Shown here in pieces: positions 7,231-24,102 of a stretch of 64,000 nucleotides of DNA. Each line of letters opens with the position of its first letter. Positions within the stretch are counted from its first letter, which is position 1. The notes beneath the pieces were generated by a model that saw nothing but the letters and a program-made list of their open reading frames with translations, did no database searches and was not told the origin of the DNA. The DNA lies in the NCBI GenBank assembly GCA_021155985.1, contig JAJNBA010000017.1, positions 1,779 to 65,778 of the forward strand, given 5' to 3'. Position numbers and translations under genes: made by a program. The DNA comes from Actinomycetes bacterium. Its GTDB lineage: Bacteria > Actinomycetota > UBA4738 > HRBIN12.

Positions 7231-10200
7231 TTGCCTGACCAGCTCGTGCCTGTTCGGAATCGTGTCAGTTTCGCCAAGCTCGACGAGGTCCTCCAGCTTC
7301 CCGACCTCGTTGCCATCCAGAAGGACTCCTTCGATCGGCTCCTGAACGAGGGCCTCAAGGAGGTTCTCGAAGAAGTCTCACCTATCGAAGACTTCACAGA
7401 GCAGTTCCAGCTCTATTTCGGCAAGCACGAGTTCCGAGCGATGAAGTTCTCGGAAGAGGAATGCCGCGACAAGGACATCACGTTCTCCGCTCCTCTGTTC
7501 GTCGAAGCAACCTTCGTCAACAAGGTCACCGGTGAGATCAAGGAGCAGGAGGTCTTCCTGGGCGACTTCCCCATGATGACCGACCGCGGCACCTTCATCA
7601 TCAACGGCACAGAGCGCGTCGTGGTCTCCCAGCTGGTGCGGTCGCCGGGCGTCTACTTCAGCAAGGAGCCCGACAAGACCACCGACAAGGACATCTTCAT
7701 CGCGAAGATCATCCCGTCACGGGGTGCTTGGCTCGAGTTCGACGTGGACAAGAAGGACACCGTCGGCGTGCGGATCGACCGCAAGCGCCGGCAGCACATC
7801 ACCGTCTTCTTGAAGGCCCTCGGCTTCAGTGCGGCCGAGATCCTGAAGCTCTTCGACAACGCGGTCTCCATCCAGAACACCCTCGAGAAGGACCACTTCG
7901 AGACCCAGGAGGAGGCCCTCGAGGACATCTACCGGAAGCTGCGGCCCGGCGAGCCGCCGACGGCCGAGAGCGCGAAGACCCTCCTCGAGAACCTGTTCTT
8001 CAACCCCAAGCGCTACGACGTCGCGCGCGTGGGTCGCCACAAGGTGGACAAGAAGCTCGGCGCCGCCGAGGGCGAGCTGTTGAAGCAGCTGCGCTCCCAT
8101 CACAAGGGCCTGGGCGAGCTCGACAACCCGGACCGGAAGGCGTGGGAGCAGATCCGCTATCGGGTCTTCTCCTCGATGCAGAAGGAGGAGGCGGCCGGAC
8201 CGGGGGCGCCCAAGTACAAGGCGGTCCTCACGTTCGAGGACATCCTCAAGACGGTCGGCTACCTCGTGCACCTGCACGCCGGCGAGGCCGGTTACGACCC
8301 CGACGACATCGACCACTTCGGCAACCGCAGGATCCGCTCGGTCGGGGAGCTGATCCAGAACCAGATCCGGATCGGGCTCTCGCGCATGGAGCGGGTCGTG
8401 AAGGAGCGGATGACCACCCAGGACGTCGAGGCCATCACGCCGCAGACCCTGATCAACATCCGCCCCGTCGTCGCCTCGATCAAGGAGTTCTTCGGGACCT
8501 CGCAGCTGTCGCAGTTCATGGATCAGACCAATACGCTCGCCGGGCTCACCCACAAGCGCAGGCTGTCGGCGCTCGGCCCGGGAGGACTGTCGCGGGAGCG
8601 CGCCGGCTTCGAGGTCCGAGACGTGCACCCGTCCCACTACGGCCGGATGTGCCCGATCGAGACGCCCGAGGGCCCGAACATCGGGCTGATGGGCTCGCTG
8701 TCGAGCTTCGGACGGATCAACGAGTTCGGGTTCATCGAGACGCCGTACCGGCGCGTCGAGAAGGGCAAGGTCACCGCGAAGATCGACTACCTGTCGGCCG
8801 ACGAGGAGGACCGCCACGTGATCGCGCAGGCGAATGCCCGCCTGGCGCCCGACGGCACGTTCCAGGACACGCAGGTGCTGGTGCGCCGGAAGGGTGGCGA
8901 GGTCGACCAGGTCTCGCCCGACGAGATCGACTACATGGACGTGTCCCCGAAGCAGCTGGTCTCGGTGGCCGCCGCCCTGATCCCGTTCCTCGAGCACGAC
9001 GATGCCAACCGCGCCCTGATGGGCGCCAACATGCAGCGCCAGGCGGTCCCTTTGCTCCGTGCCGAGGCGCCGCTGGTGGGCACCGGCGTGGAGTTCCGCG
9101 CGGCCGTCGACGCGGGCGACGTCGTGCTGGCCGACGATGCAGGAACCGTCGAGGACGTCTCGGCCGAGGCGATCGTGGTCCGGGAGAAGTCCGGAAAGCT
9201 GCGGACCTACGACCTGATCAAGTTCCGGCGGACGAACCAGGGAACGAACTTCAACCAGAAGCCGCTCGTGGACATCGGCGAGCGGGTTTCGAAGCAACAG
9301 GTGATCGCCGACGGTCCGTCCACGGATCAAGGCGAGATCGCCCTGGGCAAGAACCTCCTCGTGGCCTACATGCCCTGGGAGGGGCACAACTACGAGGACG
9401 CGATCATCATCTCCGAGCGCCTGGTGAAGGACGACATCCTCACCTCGATCCACATCGAGGAGCACGAGGTCGACGCCCGTGACACGAAGCTGGGCGCCGA
9501 GGAGATCACGCGCGACATCCCCAACGTCTCCGAGGAGATCCTGAAGGACCTCGACGAGCGGGGGATCGTCCGCATCGGGGCCGAGGTCAACACCGGCGAC
9601 TACCTCGTCGGGAAGGTCACGCCCAAGGGCGAGACGGAGCTCACCCCCGAGGAGCGGCTGCTCCGAGCGATCTTCGGGGAGAAGGCGCGCGAGGTGCGCG
9701 ACACGTCCCTCAAGGTGCCCCACGGCGAATCGGGCAAGGTGATCGGGGTGCGCGTCTTCAACCGCGACGACGGAGACGAGCTGCCGCCCGGTGTGAACCA
9801 GCTCGTGCGCGTCTACGTCGCGCAGAAGCGCAAGATCTCCGACGGCGACAAGCTGGCCGGACGACACGGGAACAAGGGAGTGATCTCGACGATCCTTCCC
9901 GAGGAGGACATGCCATTCCTCGAGGACGGCACGCCCGTCGACATCATCTTGAACCCGCTGGGCGTCCCGTCGCGGATGAACCTCGGGCAGGTGCTGGAGG
10001 CCCACCTGGGCTACGCCGCGCTCGTCGGATTCGACAAGAGCGGCGAGGATCACACCGGACCCGTCCACGTGGCCACGCCGGTCTTCGACGGCGCCAAGGA
10101 GGACGAGATCCTCGCGGCGATCCGCGGCTCTCACGCGGCCTCCGACGGGAAGAAGCTCATCAACGACATCGGGAAGGCGCGGCTCTTCGACGGTCGGAAC

Positions 10201-10686
10201 GGCCAGCCCTACGCTGAGCCGGTCACGGTCGGGGTGGCGTACATCTTGAAGCTGCTCCACCTGGTGGACGACAAGATCCACGCTCGGTCCACGGGACCGT
10301 ACTCGATGATCACGCAGCAGCCGCTCGGCGGGAAGGCGCAGTTCGGCGGCCAGCGGTTCGGGGAGATGGAGGTCTGGGCACTGGAGGCCTACGGCGCCGC
10401 GTACGCCCTGCAGGAGCTGCTCACGATCAAGTCGGACGACGTCCTGGGCCGTGTGAAGGTCTACGAGGCCATCGTGAAGGGGGAGAACATCCCCGAGCCG
10501 GGCATCCCGGAGTCCTTCAAGGTGCTGATCAAGGAGATGCAGTCGCTCTCCCTCAACGTCGAGGTCCGGTCCTCCTCGGGCGAGGAGATCGAGCTGCGCG
10601 AGACCGACGAGGACGTCTTCCGTGCGGCCGAGGAGCTCGGGATCGACCTCAGCCGACGGGAGCCGGCGGGGGCGGACTTCGATTGA
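7231..10686 (+). CDS. rpoB: DNA-directed RNA polymerase subunit beta
   Basis: [28 protein letters not shown]..., [24 protein letters not shown], and the GNKGVIS catalytic region. A TTG start at 7231 with a GGGAGGGG RBS gives about 1151 aa. The 84 extra residues of the ORF-track start (6979) are Pro/Arg-rich and overlap the promoter. Confidence 0.96.
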   Translation: MPDQLVPVRNRVSFAKLDEVLQLPDLVAIQKDSFDRLLNEGLKEVLEEVSPIEDFTEQFQLYFGKHEFRAMKFSEEECRDKDITFSAPLFVEATFVNKVTGEIKEQEVFLGDFPMMTDRGTFIINGTERVVVSQLVRSPGVYFSKEPDKTTDKDIFIAKIIPSRGAWLEFDVDKKDTVGVRIDRKRRQHITVFLKALGFSAAEILKLFDNAVSIQNTLEKDHFETQEEALEDIYRKLRPGEPPTAESAKTLLENLFFNPKRYDVARVGRHKVDKKLGAAEGELLKQLRSHHKGLGELDNPDRKAWEQIRYRVFSSMQKEEAAGPGAPKYKAVLTFEDILKTVGYLVHLHAGEAGYDPDDIDHFGNRRIRSVGELIQNQIRIGLSRMERVVKERMTTQDVEAITPQTLINIRPVVASIKEFFGTSQLSQFMDQTNTLAGLTHKRRLSALGPGGLSRERAGFEVRDVHPSHYGRMCPIETPEGPNIGLMGSLSSFGRINEFGFIETPYRRVEKGKVTAKIDYLSADEEDRHVIAQANARLAPDGTFQDTQVLVRRKGGEVDQVSPDEIDYMDVSPKQLVSVAAALIPFLEHDDANRALMGANMQRQAVPLLRAEAPLVGTGVEFRAAVDAGDVVLADDAGTVEDVSAEAIVVREKSGKLRTYDLIKFRRTNQGTNFNQKPLVDIGERVSKQQVIADGPSTDQGEIALGKNLLVAYMPWEGHNYEDAIIISERLVKDDILTSIHIEEHEVDARDTKLGAEEITRDIPNVSEEILKDLDERGIVRIGAEVNTGDYLVGKVTPKGETELTPEERLLRAIFGEKAREVRDTSLKVPHGESGKVIGVRVFNRDDGDELPPGVNQLVRVYVAQKRKISDGDKLAGRHGNKGVISTILPEEDMPFLEDGTPVDIILNPLGVPSRMNLGQVLEAHLGYAALVGFDKSGEDHTGPVHVATPVFDGAKEDEILAAIRGSHAASDGKKLINDIGKARLFDGRNGQPYAEPVTVGVAYILKLLHLVDDKIHARSTGPYSMITQQPLGGKAQFGGQRFGEMEVWALEAYGAAYALQELLTIKSDDVLGRVKVYEAIVKGENIPEPGIPESFKVLIKEMQSLSLNVEVRSSSGEEIELRETDEDVFRAAEELGIDLSRREPAGADFD

Positions 10687-10753
10687 GAGCTGGACGGAAT
10701 ACGGGAACGTTGTACGTCATGCGGGGACGGGTCTTTGAGGAGGCGGGGCTGAA

Positions 10754-14674
<3,921 letters not shown>

Positions 14675-14683
14675 GACCGGGAA

Positions 14684-14713
14684 CGGGCTCCCGGGGGACA
14701 TCCCGGGAGCCCG
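14684..14713 (+). terminator. Perfect hairpin after rpoC (I-shaped terminator candidate)
   Basis: 12-bp stem cgggctcccggg (14684-14695) / cccgggagcccg (14702-14713), 6-nt loop, 10 nt after the stop, no U-tract. Confidence 0.5.
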
Positions 14714-14802
14714 GCCGGACGTGTCGGCGCGTGAGGTCGGCAGGTACGATTGCGGCTGCAACCGCTCTGGCCGGCCCTCACGCCGGGTGGCATCCGGTGC
14801 GG

Positions 14803-14832
14803 TTGACATCTCGTGCTCACGACCAGTAGCTT
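14803..14832 (+). promoter_or_regulatory. Candidate str-operon promoter
   Basis: TTGACA (14803-14808), 18-nt spacer, TAGCTT (14827-14832); leaves a 5' UTR of about 150 nt before rpsL. Confidence 0.5.
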
Positions 14833-14989
14833 TGGCGGTCGCGCCCGGGTCGGCGATACAGATCGGGCGTCCGGCTCCGGTCGGAGCGACAACCCTGCGG
14901 GTGGTGGCGTTCGCGCTGCGCCCCAAGGGTTCGGCCCGAGGCTTCCAAGCCCCGGTGGATGAAAAGGGAAGAGTGCAGACGAGAGAGCT

Positions 14990-15364
14990 ATGCCTACCAT
15001 CCAACAACTCGTACGGAAGGGCCGATCCCGCCCGAAGAAGCGGACGAAGAGCCCTGCGCTGAAGGGCTCGTCCCAGCGGCGCGGCGTCTGCACGCGTGTG
15101 TACACCATGACCCCCAAGAAGCCGAACTCCGCCCTGCGGAAGGTCGCGCGGGTCCGGCTCACCTCCGGGATCGAGGTCACGGTCTACATCCCCGGGGTCG
15201 GGCACAACCTCCAGGAGCACTCGATCGTGCTCGTCCGCGGCGGTCGCGTACGCGACCTGCCCGGGGTGCGCTACAAGATCATCCGCGGCACCCTCGACAC
15301 CGCAGGCGTCCGCGACCGCCGCAAGGCTCGCTCGCGCTACGGCGCCAAGAAGGTCGGCGAGTAA
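14990..15364 (+). CDS. rpsL: 30S ribosomal protein uS12
   Basis: [39 protein letters not shown]; 124 aa. Confidence 0.98.
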   Translation: MPTIQQLVRKGRSRPKKRTKSPALKGSSQRRGVCTRVYTMTPKKPNSALRKVARVRLTSGIEVTVYIPGVGHNLQEHSIVLVRGGRVRDLPGVRYKIIRGTLDTAGVRDRRKARSRYGAKKVGE

Positions 15365-15365
15365 C

Positions 15366-15836
15366 GTGCCGCGCAAGGGACCTGCCGTACACCGGGGCAT
15401 CACGCCCGATCCCGTGTACCAGAACCCGCTCGTGACCCAGCTGGTCAACAAGGTGCTGTTGCACGGCAAGAAGACGGTCGCCGAGCACATCGTGTACGAG
15501 GCGCTCGAGCAGATCAGTCAGAAGACCGCGAACGACCCCGTGATCACCCTGAAGCGTGCGGTGGACAACGTTCGTCCGATGCTGGAGGTCAAGTCGCGAC
15601 GGGTCGGTGGCGCCTCGTATCAGGTCCCCGTGGAGGTGAAGCCCACCCGCGGCACGACGCTCGCACTGCGGTGGCTCGTGAACTTCTCCCGCGCACGACG
15701 CGAGAACTCGATGGCCGAACGCCTCGTGGCGGAGATCATGGATGCCTCGAACGGGCAGGGAGCCTCCGTCAAGCGGCGCGAGGACATGCACAAGATGGCC
15801 GAGGCCAACCGAGCGTTCGCGCATTACCGATGGTGA
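15366..15836 (+). CDS. rpsG: 30S ribosomal protein uS7
   Basis: [36 protein letters not shown]; 156 aa. Confidence 0.98.
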   Translation: MPRKGPAVHRGITPDPVYQNPLVTQLVNKVLLHGKKTVAEHIVYEALEQISQKTANDPVITLKRAVDNVRPMLEVKSRRVGGASYQVPVEVKPTRGTTLALRWLVNFSRARRENSMAERLVAEIMDASNGQGASVKRREDMHKMAEANRAFAHYRW

Positions 15837-15897
15837 TCGACGAGCACCACCCGACCGGCCCCCAGGGGCCGGTTTCCCGTGTGGAGGGGATCTCCTG

Positions 15898-18054
15898 ATG
15901 GCGGTCCCCGCAGAGAGGATGCAGGTGTCACAGACCGAACAGAAGGTGAAGGACGGCAAGGGGCTCTCGATCCGCGAGTACCCCCTCGCTCGCACGCGCA
16001 ACATCGGCATCATGGCGCATATCGACGCCGGGAAGACCACCACGACCGAGCGGATCCTCTACTACACGGGGAAGGCCTACAAGATCGGCGAGGTGCACGA
16101 AGGCACCGCGCAGATGGACTGGATGGTCCAGGAGCGCGAGCGCGGGATCACGATCACCTCGGCGGCCACCACGTGCCAGTGGAAGGGTCACTGGATCAAC
16201 ATCATCGACACGCCCGGCCACGTCGATTTCACGGTCGAGGTCGAGCGATCCCTCCGCGTCCTCGACGGCGCCGTCGCCGTGTTCGACGCCGTGGCGGGCG
16301 TGGAGCCCCAGACCGAGACCGTGTGGCGCCAGGCGGACCGCTACAAGGTCCCCCGGATCTGCTTCATCAACAAGATGGACCGCACCGGTGCCAACTTCGA
16401 GCGCACCGTCGACATGATCGTGGATCGCCTCCAGGCGACCCCGCTCATCCTGCAGCTCCCGTGGGGCACCGAGTCCGACTTCCACGGCGTGATCGACCTC
16501 GTCCAGATGAACGCCCACTACTGGGAGGGCGACATGGGCGAGGAGTGGCACGACACCGAGATCCCCGAGGAGTACCGGGCCGCCGCGGAGGCTGCCCATC
16601 ACATCCTCTTCGAGCGGCTCGCCGACCACGACGAGTCTCTGATGGAGAAGTTCGTCCACGAGGAGGAGCCCACGATCGAGGAGATGCATCGCGCGATCCG
16701 CCGAGCGACGCTCGCGAGCCTCGGCGTTCCGGTGATGTGCGGCTCCGCCTTCAAGAACAAGGGTGTCCAGCCCCTGCTCGACGCGATCGTCGCCTACCTT
16801 CCGTCGCCCGCCGAGGTGCTTCCGGTGGAGGGCCATCTCCCCAACGACGAGTCCGCGCACGTCCAGCGCGCGCCCGAGGACACGGAGCCGTTCTCGGCCT
16901 TGGCCTTCAAGATCATGTCGGACGCGTTCGTCGGCCGGTTGACGTACCTGCGCGTGTACTCGGGTGTGCTCCGCGCCGGCTCACACGTCGCCAACGCGAC
17001 GAAGGACCGCAAGGAGCGGATCGGTCGGATCCTGCAGATGCACGCCAACCACCGCGAGGACATGGCGGCGGCCTACACCGGCGACATCGTCGCCGTCGTC
17101 GGGTTGAAGCACACCACCACCGGAGACACGATCTGCGATCCCGACAACCAGGTCGTCTTGGAATCCATCAGTTTCCCCACGCCCGTCATCTCCGTGGCCG
17201 TGGAGCCGAAGACCAAGGCGGACCAGGACAAGCTGGGCACCGGTCTCGCCAAGCTCGCGGACGAGGACCCGACGTTCGTCGTGAAGTTCGACGACGAGAC
17301 GGGCCAGACGGTGATCTCGGGGATGGGCGAGCTCCATCTCGACATCATCGTGGACCGCCTGAAGCGAGAGTTCTCCGTCGACGCGAACGTCGGCAAGCCG
17401 CAGGTCGCCTACCGCGAGACGATCCGCCGCGAGGTCCACAAGGTCGAGACCCGCTTCGTCCGACAGACGGGCGGCCGTGGACAGTTCGCGCACGTCGTGA
17501 TCGACCTGGAACCGACCGGTGCCGGTGGGGGCTACGAGTTCCTGAACAAGATCGTCGGCGGCAAGATCCCACGCGAGTACATCCCCGCCGTCGACCAGGG
17601 GATCCAGGAGGCTCTCGACAACGGCGTGCTCGCCGGCTACCCGATGGTCGACGTTCGGGCGACCCTGATGGACGGCACTTACCACGAGGTCGACTCGAGC
17701 GAGATGGCGTTCAAGATCGCCGGTTCGATGGCGCTGAAGGAGGCGGCTCGCAAGGCCGACCCCGCGCTGCTCGAGCCGGTCATGGAGTTCGAGGTGACCA
17801 CTCCGGAAGAGTTCATGGGCGAGGTCATGGGCGACGTGACGGCGCGGCGCGGCCGGATCGAGCGCATCGACGACGCGGGAGGGCAGAAGGTGATCAGGGT
17901 GCTGGTGCCGCTCGCCGAGCTGTTCGGCTACGCCACCGACCTGCGTTCCCGCACCCAGGGCCGCGCCGCACACAGCCCGATGCAGCTCCACGCGTACGCA
18001 GAGGTGCCGGTGCAGGTATCCAAGGAGATCATCGCCCGGGTCTCGGGCGAGTAA
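15898..18054 (+). CDS. fusA: Elongation factor G
   Basis: [25 protein letters not shown] and DTPGHVDF. Start set at ATG 15898 (GGAGGGGA RBS). Later in-frame ATG/GTG starts (15919-15945) are also possible. Confidence 0.95.
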   Translation: MAVPAERMQVSQTEQKVKDGKGLSIREYPLARTRNIGIMAHIDAGKTTTTERILYYTGKAYKIGEVHEGTAQMDWMVQERERGITITSAATTCQWKGHWINIIDTPGHVDFTVEVERSLRVLDGAVAVFDAVAGVEPQTETVWRQADRYKVPRICFINKMDRTGANFERTVDMIVDRLQATPLILQLPWGTESDFHGVIDLVQMNAHYWEGDMGEEWHDTEIPEEYRAAAEAAHHILFERLADHDESLMEKFVHEEEPTIEEMHRAIRRATLASLGVPVMCGSAFKNKGVQPLLDAIVAYLPSPAEVLPVEGHLPNDESAHVQRAPEDTEPFSALAFKIMSDAFVGRLTYLRVYSGVLRAGSHVANATKDRKERIGRILQMHANHREDMAAAYTGDIVAVVGLKHTTTGDTICDPDNQVVLESISFPTPVISVAVEPKTKADQDKLGTGLAKLADEDPTFVVKFDDETGQTVISGMGELHLDIIVDRLKREFSVDANVGKPQVAYRETIRREVHKVETRFVRQTGGRGQFAHVVIDLEPTGAGGGYEFLNKIVGGKIPREYIPAVDQGIQEALDNGVLAGYPMVDVRATLMDGTYHEVDSSEMAFKIAGSMALKEAARKADPALLEPVMEFEVTTPEEFMGEVMGDVTARRGRIERIDDAGGQKVIRVLVPLAELFGYATDLRSRTQGRAAHSPMQLHAYAEVPVQVSKEIIARVSGE

Positions 18055-18088
18055 GGGCCAAGAAGAGCAGGAAGAGGAGAGCCAAGTC

Positions 18089-19273
18089 ATGGGCAAGAAG
18101 AAGTTCGAGCGCACGAAGCCGCACGTGAACATCGGCACGATGGGTCACATCGACCATGGCAAGACCACGCTCACGGCCGCCATCACCAAGCGGCAGGCCG
18201 AGAAGGGGATGGCCGAGTTCACGCCGTTCGACGAGATCGACAAGGCGCCGGAGGAGCGCGAGCGCGGGATCACGATCGCGATCGCCCACGTCGAGTACGA
18301 GACCGACAATCGCCACTACGCGCACGTCGACATGCCGGGCCACGCCGACTACGTGAAGAACATGATCACGGGCGCCGCGCAGGTGGACGGCGCCATCCTC
18401 GTGGTCTCGGCGGCCGACGGCCCCATGCCGCAGACCCGCGAGCACGTGCTGCTCGCCCGACAGGTCGGCGTCCCGTCGATCGTGGTCGCGCTGAACAAGT
18501 GCGACATGGTCGACGACTCCGAGCTGCTCGACCTCGTCGAGCTCGAGGTCCGCGAGCTCCTGTCCTCCTACGAGTATCCCGGCGACGACATCCCGGTCGT
18601 CCAGGTCTCCGCCCTGAAGGCGCTCGAGGGGGACGAGTCGTGGATGGCCAAGGTCGACGAGCTCCTCGAGGCCTGCGACACCTACATCCCCGAGCCCGTC
18701 CGGGACACGGACAAGCCGTTCCTGATGCCGATCGAGGACGTGTTCTCGATCACCGGGCGCGGGACGGTCGTGACGGGGCGCGTCGAGCAGGGCGTCCTGA
18801 AGAAGATGGGCGAGGTCGAGATCGTCGGACTGCGGGACACGCAGAAGACGACCGCGACGGACCTGGAGATGTTCCGGAAGCTCCTCGATGAGATCACGGC
18901 CGGCGACAACGTCGGCGTGCTCCTCCGGGGCATCGACAAGGACCAGGTGGAGCGCGGTCAGGTCCTGGCGAAGCCGGGATCGATCACACCGCACACCGAG
19001 TTCATGTCGAACGTGTACATCCTGTCCAAGGAGGAGGGCGGCCGGCACACGCCGTTCTTCGACGGCTACAAGCCGCAGTTCTACTTCCGGACCACCGACG
19101 TCACCGGGGTGGCACATCTGCCCGAAGGGGTGGAGATGGTGATGCCGGGCGACAACGTGGAGATGCGGGTCGAGCTCGACAAGCCGATCGCCATGGAGGA
19201 GGGCCTCCGGTTCGCGATCCGCGAAGGCGGCCGCACCGTCGGGGCCGGCCGGGTCACCAAGGTCGTGAAGTAG
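18089..19273 (+). CDS. tuf: Elongation factor Tu
   Basis: [40 protein letters not shown]; 394 aa. Confidence 0.98.
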   Translation: MGKKKFERTKPHVNIGTMGHIDHGKTTLTAAITKRQAEKGMAEFTPFDEIDKAPEERERGITIAIAHVEYETDNRHYAHVDMPGHADYVKNMITGAAQVDGAILVVSAADGPMPQTREHVLLARQVGVPSIVVALNKCDMVDDSELLDLVELEVRELLSSYEYPGDDIPVVQVSALKALEGDESWMAKVDELLEACDTYIPEPVRDTDKPFLMPIEDVFSITGRGTVVTGRVEQGVLKKMGEVEIVGLRDTQKTTATDLEMFRKLLDEITAGDNVGVLLRGIDKDQVERGQVLAKPGSITPHTEFMSNVYILSKEEGGRHTPFFDGYKPQFYFRTTDVTGVAHLPEGVEMVMPGDNVEMRVELDKPIAMEEGLRFAIREGGRTVGAGRVTKVVK

Positions 19274-19328
19274 CGGCCCCAGCAACACAGAGAGAACCAC
19301 AGAGGGACGAGGAAGGCGAGGGGACGAC

Positions 19329-19637
19329 GTGGCGGGACCGAAGATCCGGATCAAGCTCCGGGCGTACGACCACCGGATGCTCGACGTCGCCGCCCGTGAC
19401 ATCGTCGAGCACGTGACGCGGACCGGCGCCAAGGTGGTCGGGCCCGTCCCTCTGCCCACCGAGCGGTCGATCTACACGGTCATCCGCTCGCCGCACAAGT
19501 ACAAGGACTCCCGCGAGCACTTCCAGATGCTCACGCACAAGCGGTTGATCGACATCGTGGACGCGACGTCCAAGACGGTCCAGGAGCTGCAGCGCCTGAA
19601 CCTGTCGGCCGGCGTCGACATCGAGATCAAGTTGTAG
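19329..19637 (+). CDS. rpsJ: 30S ribosomal protein uS10
   Basis: [40 protein letters not shown]; GTG start. Confidence 0.97.
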   Translation: MAGPKIRIKLRAYDHRMLDVAARDIVEHVTRTGAKVVGPVPLPTERSIYTVIRSPHKYKDSREHFQMLTHKRLIDIVDATSKTVQELQRLNLSAGVDIEIKL

Positions 19638-19642
19638 GAGCG

Positions 19643-20296
19643 ATGGCGGAGACGAAAGGGATCTTGGGCACGAAGCTGGGGATGACCCAGATCTTCGATG
19701 ACACCCGCGCCGTGCCGGTCACGGTGATCAAGGCGGGTCCGTCGGTCGTGTCTCAGGTCAAGACGAAGGAGACCGACGGCTACGACGCCGTGCAGCTCTC
19801 CTTCGGCACCGTTCGGCCGCGCGACCTCACGAGGCCGATGAAGGGACACTTCGAGTCGCACGACGCCGCGCCCGGCCGCCACATCGTCGAGCTGCGCACG
19901 GATGATGCGGGCAGCTACCAGCCGGGCCAGGAGATCACGGTCGACGTGTTCAGCCCGGGCGACCGAGTGGACGTGGTCGGCGTCTCGAAGGGTCACGGCA
20001 CGACGGGCGTGATGAAGCGCCACGGGTTCCACGGACTCCGAGCCAGCCACGGCACGAAGCGCAAGCACCGTGCTCCCGGCGCGATCGGCGCGTGCGCCAC
20101 GCCGAGCCGGGTCTTCAAGGACATGCCGATGGCCGGCCAGCACGGCAGCGTTCGGGTCACGGTGTTGAATCTCGAGGTCGTCCAGGCCGACGTCGAGCGC
20201 GGCCTCCTGCTCGTCAAGGGGGCGGTTCCCGGGCCGAACGGTGGCCTCCTGATGGCGCGCTCCGCCGTCAAGGCGCCGGCGAAGGGAGGCGCGTGA
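19643..20296 (+). CDS. rplC: 50S ribosomal protein uL3
   Basis: [28 protein letters not shown]; 217 aa. Confidence 0.97.
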   Translation: MAETKGILGTKLGMTQIFDDTRAVPVTVIKAGPSVVSQVKTKETDGYDAVQLSFGTVRPRDLTRPMKGHFESHDAAPGRHIVELRTDDAGSYQPGQEITVDVFSPGDRVDVVGVSKGHGTTGVMKRHGFHGLRASHGTKRKHRAPGAIGACATPSRVFKDMPMAGQHGSVRVTVLNLEVVQADVERGLLLVKGAVPGPNGGLLMARSAVKAPAKGGA

Positions 20297-20982
20297 TGGC
20301 CTCGATCGAGAAGCGCGACGTCGCCGGGAAGAAGGCCGGCTCCGTGGAACTGCCGGCCGAGATCTTCGAGTCGAAGGTGAGCGTGCCCCTGATGCACCAG
20401 GTGGTCGTGGCCGGTCTCGCCGGGATCCGCGCGGGGACGCACTCGACCAAGACGCGCGCCCAGGTTCGCGGAGGCGGCCGGAAGCCGTGGCGTCAGAAGG
20501 GCACGGGCCGCGCGCGCCAGGGATCGATCCGGTCTCCGCAGTGGGTCGGCGGCGGCGTGGCGCACGGGCCCACACCCCGCGACCACTCGCAGAAGATCAA
20601 CAAGAAGATGCGCCGCGGATCGCTCCGTTCCGCGCTCACGGATGCGCTCCAGAGCGGGAAGCTCGCCGTGGTCGATGACCTGGATTGGAGCGAGCCGAAG
20701 ACGAAGCAGGCCGTGGGCGTGCTCAGATCGCTGGAGCTCGCCGGGCGGATCCTCCTGGTCCTGCCCCAGCCCACGGAGTCCGGGAGCGTCGAGAAGTCGT
20801 TCCGCAACCTGCCCAACGTGAAGATCGCCTACAGCGGGGGGCTGGGCACCTACGACGTCCTCCTGGCCGACCGCGTGCTGTTCACGGATGCCGCGATCGA
20901 CCGCCTGACGGGCCCACCGGCAGGGTCGCCGACCGGCGCCTCGGTTGGGTCCGCCGGTCAGGCCGAGGAGGTGGCGGGATGA
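20296..20982 (+). CDS. rplD: 50S ribosomal protein uL4
   Basis: ATG 20296 overlaps the rplC TGA (GTGATG). [31 protein letters not shown]; short Gly/Pro/Ala C-terminal tail. Confidence 0.96.
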   Translation: MASIEKRDVAGKKAGSVELPAEIFESKVSVPLMHQVVVAGLAGIRAGTHSTKTRAQVRGGGRKPWRQKGTGRARQGSIRSPQWVGGGVAHGPTPRDHSQKINKKMRRGSLRSALTDALQSGKLAVVDDLDWSEPKTKQAVGVLRSLELAGRILLVLPQPTESGSVEKSFRNLPNVKIAYSGGLGTYDVLLADRVLFTDAAIDRLTGPPAGSPTGASVGSAGQAEEVAG

Positions 20983-21275
20983 ACAAGTCACCTCGCGACG
21001 TGATCGTCCGTCCCATCGTCTCGGAGAAGTCCTACGCGGGGATCGAGCACAACACCTACACGTTCCTGGTGGACCCTCGAGCGAACAAGACCGAGATCAA
21101 GGAGGCGGTGCAGACGATCTGGGACGTCCGCGTCGTCTCCGTGAACACGCTGAAGCGTCGCGGCAAAGTGAAGCGCCGCGGGTACACGCGCGGACGCCGT
21201 CCCGACGAGAAGCGCGCCGTCGTCACGCTCGCGCAGGGCGACAGCATCGAGATCTTCGAAGGTGGGGGGTCCTAG
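20979..21275 (+). CDS. rplW: 50S ribosomal protein uL23
   Basis: [44 protein letters not shown]; ATGA overlap with the rplD stop. Confidence 0.96.
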   Translation: MNKSPRDVIVRPIVSEKSYAGIEHNTYTFLVDPRANKTEIKEAVQTIWDVRVVSVNTLKRRGKVKRRGYTRGRRPDEKRAVVTLAQGDSIEIFEGGGS

Positions 21276-21277
21276 CC

Positions 21278-22108
21278 ATGGCCGTTCGGAAGTACAAGCC
21301 GACGACGCCCGGACGGCGCGGGGGCAGCGTCTCGTCGTTCGACGAGATCACACGGTCCACGCCCGAGAAGTCGCTGCTCGCGAAGGGCCGTAAGAAGGCG
21401 GGACGCAACGTCCACGGCCGCATCACCACGCGGCATCAGGGCGGCGGCACGAAGCGGCGCTACCGCCTCATCGACTTCAAGCGCAACAAGGACGGGATCC
21501 CGGCCAAGGTCGCCACGATCGAGTACGACCCGAACCGGAGCTCGCGGATCGCCCTGCTGCAGTACGCCGACGGCGAGAAGCGATACATCCTCGCGCCCGA
21601 CGGCGTGCGCGTGGGCGACCAGCTGATGTCCGGCGAGGGCGCCGAGATCCGCCCCGGGAACGCCCTGCCGCTGCGGAACATCCCCGTCGGCACGGTGGTG
21701 CACGCGGTCGAGCTGAAGCCCGGGGCCGGAGCCCGGATGGCGCGGTCGGCGGGAACGAGCGTGCAGCTGATGGCGAAGGAGGGGAAGCTGGCCACGCTGC
21801 GGCTTCCCTCCGGCGAGATGCGGACGGTCCCGTCCATCTGCAAGGGCACCGTCGGTGTGGTCGGGAACGCCGAGCACGAGCTGATCGCGATCGGCAAGGC
21901 GGGGCGGAACCGGTGGAAGGGCAAGCGGCCCTCGGTGCGAGGCGTCGCGATGAACCCGGTGGACCACCCGCTCGGCGGCGGCGAAGGGAAGGCCTCCGGC
22001 GGACGCCATCCGACGTCGCCGTGGGGCAAGAAGGAAGGCCGCACGCGGAAGAAGAAGAAGGCGTCGAACGCCCATATCATCCGGCGCCGTGGGAAGGGGC
22101 GTGGCTGA
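21278..22108 (+). CDS. rplB: 50S ribosomal protein uL2
   Basis: [21 protein letters not shown] ... [14 protein letters not shown]. Confidence 0.97.
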   Translation: MAVRKYKPTTPGRRGGSVSSFDEITRSTPEKSLLAKGRKKAGRNVHGRITTRHQGGGTKRRYRLIDFKRNKDGIPAKVATIEYDPNRSSRIALLQYADGEKRYILAPDGVRVGDQLMSGEGAEIRPGNALPLRNIPVGTVVHAVELKPGAGARMARSAGTSVQLMAKEGKLATLRLPSGEMRTVPSICKGTVGVVGNAEHELIAIGKAGRNRWKGKRPSVRGVAMNPVDHPLGGGEGKASGGRHPTSPWGKKEGRTRKKKKASNAHIIRRRGKGRG

Positions 22109-22389
22109 TGGCGAGGTCCGTGAAGAAGGGACCGTTCGTGGACGAGCACCTCATGGTGAAGATCGCGGGGATGAACGAGCGGAGCGAGAAGAAGGTCGTG
22201 AAGACCTGGTCGCGCCGTTCCACGATCGTCCCGGACATGATCGGACACACGATCGCGGTGCACGACGGCCGGAAGCACGTTCCGGTGTTCATCTCGGAGT
22301 CGATGGTCGGGCACAAGCTCGGCGAGTTCGCTCCGACGCGCACCTTCCGGACGCACTCGAGGGATGAGCGAAGGACGGGTCCCAGATAG
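22108..22389 (+). CDS. rpsS: 30S ribosomal protein uS19
   Basis: [19 protein letters not shown] ... [16 protein letters not shown]; ATG overlaps the rplB stop. Confidence 0.97.
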   Translation: MARSVKKGPFVDEHLMVKIAGMNERSEKKVVKTWSRRSTIVPDMIGHTIAVHDGRKHVPVFISESMVGHKLGEFAPTRTFRTHSRDERRTGPR

Positions 22390-22734
22390 ATGGAAGCGAA
22401 AGCCACGGTCAAGTACGTCCGCACGTCGCCGCGCAAGATGCGGCGGACGGTGGATCTCATCCGCGGACAGCACGTGGGTGAGGCGAAGCGCATCCTCCGG
22501 CTGTCGACGCTGGGGGCGTCGCGCGACGTGGAGAAGCTGCTCGATTCGGCGATCGCCAACGCCGAGCAGCGGCCGGGCGTGATCGCGGAGAACCTGTTGG
22601 TATCGAAGGCATGGGTGGACGAGGGGCCGACGCTCCGCCGGTTCCGTCCCCGCGCCTACGGCCGGGCCACCCGGGTCCGGAAGCGCACCTCGCACGTCAC
22701 GGTCGTGGTGGAGACGATGGGAGACGAAGAGTAG
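22390..22734 (+). CDS. rplV: 50S ribosomal protein uL22
   Basis: KATVKYVRTSPRKMRRTVDLIRGQHVGEA. Confidence 0.97.
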   Translation: MEAKATVKYVRTSPRKMRRTVDLIRGQHVGEAKRILRLSTLGASRDVEKLLDSAIANAEQRPGVIAENLLVSKAWVDEGPTLRRFRPRAYGRATRVRKRTSHVTVVVETMGDEE

Positions 22735-23687
22735 TGGGACAGAAAGTCCATCCATACGGGTTCCGGCTGGGGGTCATCTACCCCTGGAAATCGAACTGGT
22801 ACGCGAACCGGCGCGACTACATCGAGGCGCTGCACGAGGACGTGTGGATCCGCAAGCACATCCGATCGCGGCTCTCGCGCGCCGGGATCTCCTCGATCGA
22901 CATCGAACGCAAGGGTGATCAGATCTGGGTCTACATCCGAACGGCCCGCCCCGGCATCGTCATCGGACGTAAGGGCGCCGAGGTGGACCGCCTGCGCAAG
23001 GACGTCGAGCGCTACACGAAGAAGCGGGTCGACGTGAAGGTCGAGGACATGAATCAGGCCTCCAGTGAGGTGCGGCCCGACACGGACGCCGCCCTCCTCG
23101 CGCAGGGCGTCGCCGAGCAGCTGGCCGGACGGGTTGCGTTCCGGCGGGCGATGCGCCGCGCCGTCCAGACCGCGATGCGTGCCGGTGCGCTCGGCGTGCG
23201 CGTCGCGTGCGCAGGGCGCCTCGGGGGGACCGACATGGGCCGCAAGGAGTGGTACCGCGAGGGCCGGGTGCCGTTGCACACCCTCCGGGCGAAGGTGGAC
23301 TTCGGGACGGCGGCCGCGAAGACGACGTTCGGTGCGATCGGTGTGAAGGTCTGGGTCTACCACGGCGACGAGGTGCCTCACCGCGAGCAGGAGAGCGAGC
23401 GGGCTCTGGCGCGGGCACACGCCCGTGCCGAGCGAGGAGAGCGGGGGGCGAAGCCGGCTGCCATCCGCAGCAAGGCGCCGGCCACGGCGGAGGCCGCTGC
23501 CGCTGCCGCTGCCCCCGACGCCATCGCACCCCTCGAAGCACCGTCCTCGACACCGCCCGAGTCCGGTCCGGAACCGGCTTCCGAGACCCCGGAGGCGATG
23601 GACGGTGCCGAGACCGCCGCCGCACCTGAGGCCGCACCGGTGGTCGAGGCGCCCGTCGAGGCTCCCGACACGGGTGGTGAGGGCTGA
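22734..23687 (+). CDS. rpsC: 30S ribosomal protein uS3 with ~100-aa acidic Ala/Pro/Glu-rich C-terminal extension
   Basis: GTG 22734 overlaps the rpl[27 protein letters not shown] and the KH domain [15 protein letters not shown]. The tail starts at about nt 23379. Confidence 0.96.
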   Translation: MGQKVHPYGFRLGVIYPWKSNWYANRRDYIEALHEDVWIRKHIRSRLSRAGISSIDIERKGDQIWVYIRTARPGIVIGRKGAEVDRLRKDVERYTKKRVDVKVEDMNQASSEVRPDTDAALLAQGVAEQLAGRVAFRRAMRRAVQTAMRAGALGVRVACAGRLGGTDMGRKEWYREGRVPLHTLRAKVDFGTAAAKTTFGAIGVKVWVYHGDEVPHREQESERALARAHARAERGERGAKPAAIRSKAPATAEAAAAAAAPDAIAPLEAPSSTPPESGPEPASETPEAMDGAETAAAPEAAPVVEAPVEAPDTGGEG

Positions 23688-24100
23688 TGCTCGCTCCGAA
23701 GCGGATCAAGCACCGCAAGCAGCACCGTGGGCGGATGCGCGGCCTCGCCAAGGGCCACACCGACATCCAGTCGGGCGACTACGCGATCGTCGCCATGGAG
23801 CCGGGCTGGATCACGAACCGCCAGATCGAGGCCGCCCGGGTGGCGATCACCAGGCACATCCGCCGAGGCGGAAAGGTCTGGATCACGATCTTCCCCGACA
23901 AGCCCGTCACGAAGAAGCCCGCCGAGACACGGATGGGTTCCGGCAAGGGGAATCCCGAAGGCTGGGTCGCCGTGGTCAAGCCGGGTCGGGTCATGTTCGA
24001 GCTGGCCGGCGTGAACGAGGCGCTCGCCCGGGAGGCGATGGGTCGAGCGCAGCACAAGCTTCCGATCCGGACCAAGTTCATCACGAGGGTGGGGGAGTAG
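23687..24100 (+). CDS. rplP: 50S ribosomal protein uL16
   Basis: [19 protein letters not shown]. Confidence 0.97.
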   Translation: MLAPKRIKHRKQHRGRMRGLAKGHTDIQSGDYAIVAMEPGWITNRQIEAARVAITRHIRRGGKVWITIFPDKPVTKKPAETRMGSGKGNPEGWVAVVKPGRVMFELAGVNEALAREAMGRAQHKLPIRTKFITRVGE

Positions 24101-24102
24101 CG

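Noticed and set aside
7717-10281. 854-aa minus-strand ORF antisense to rpoB. Similar long antisense or alternate-frame ORFs lie at 10649-13474, 13670-15490, 15928-16860, 16981-18138, 18029-19459, 37795-38814, 39986-41395, 50037-51872, 57632-59122, 61947-62735 and 62835-63923.
   Set aside because: These are typical stop-codon-poor shadow frames of a ~70% GC genome. Their translations are Arg/Pro/Gly/Asp-rich low-complexity sequence without recognisable motifs. Each is fully covered by a strongly conserved gene on the other strand or in another frame.
15898-15978. Apparent ~27-aa N-terminal extension of EF-G as a novel feature.
   Set aside because: Several in-frame ATG/GTG codons (15919-15945) could be the true start. 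This is a start-codon ambiguity rather than a supported extension.
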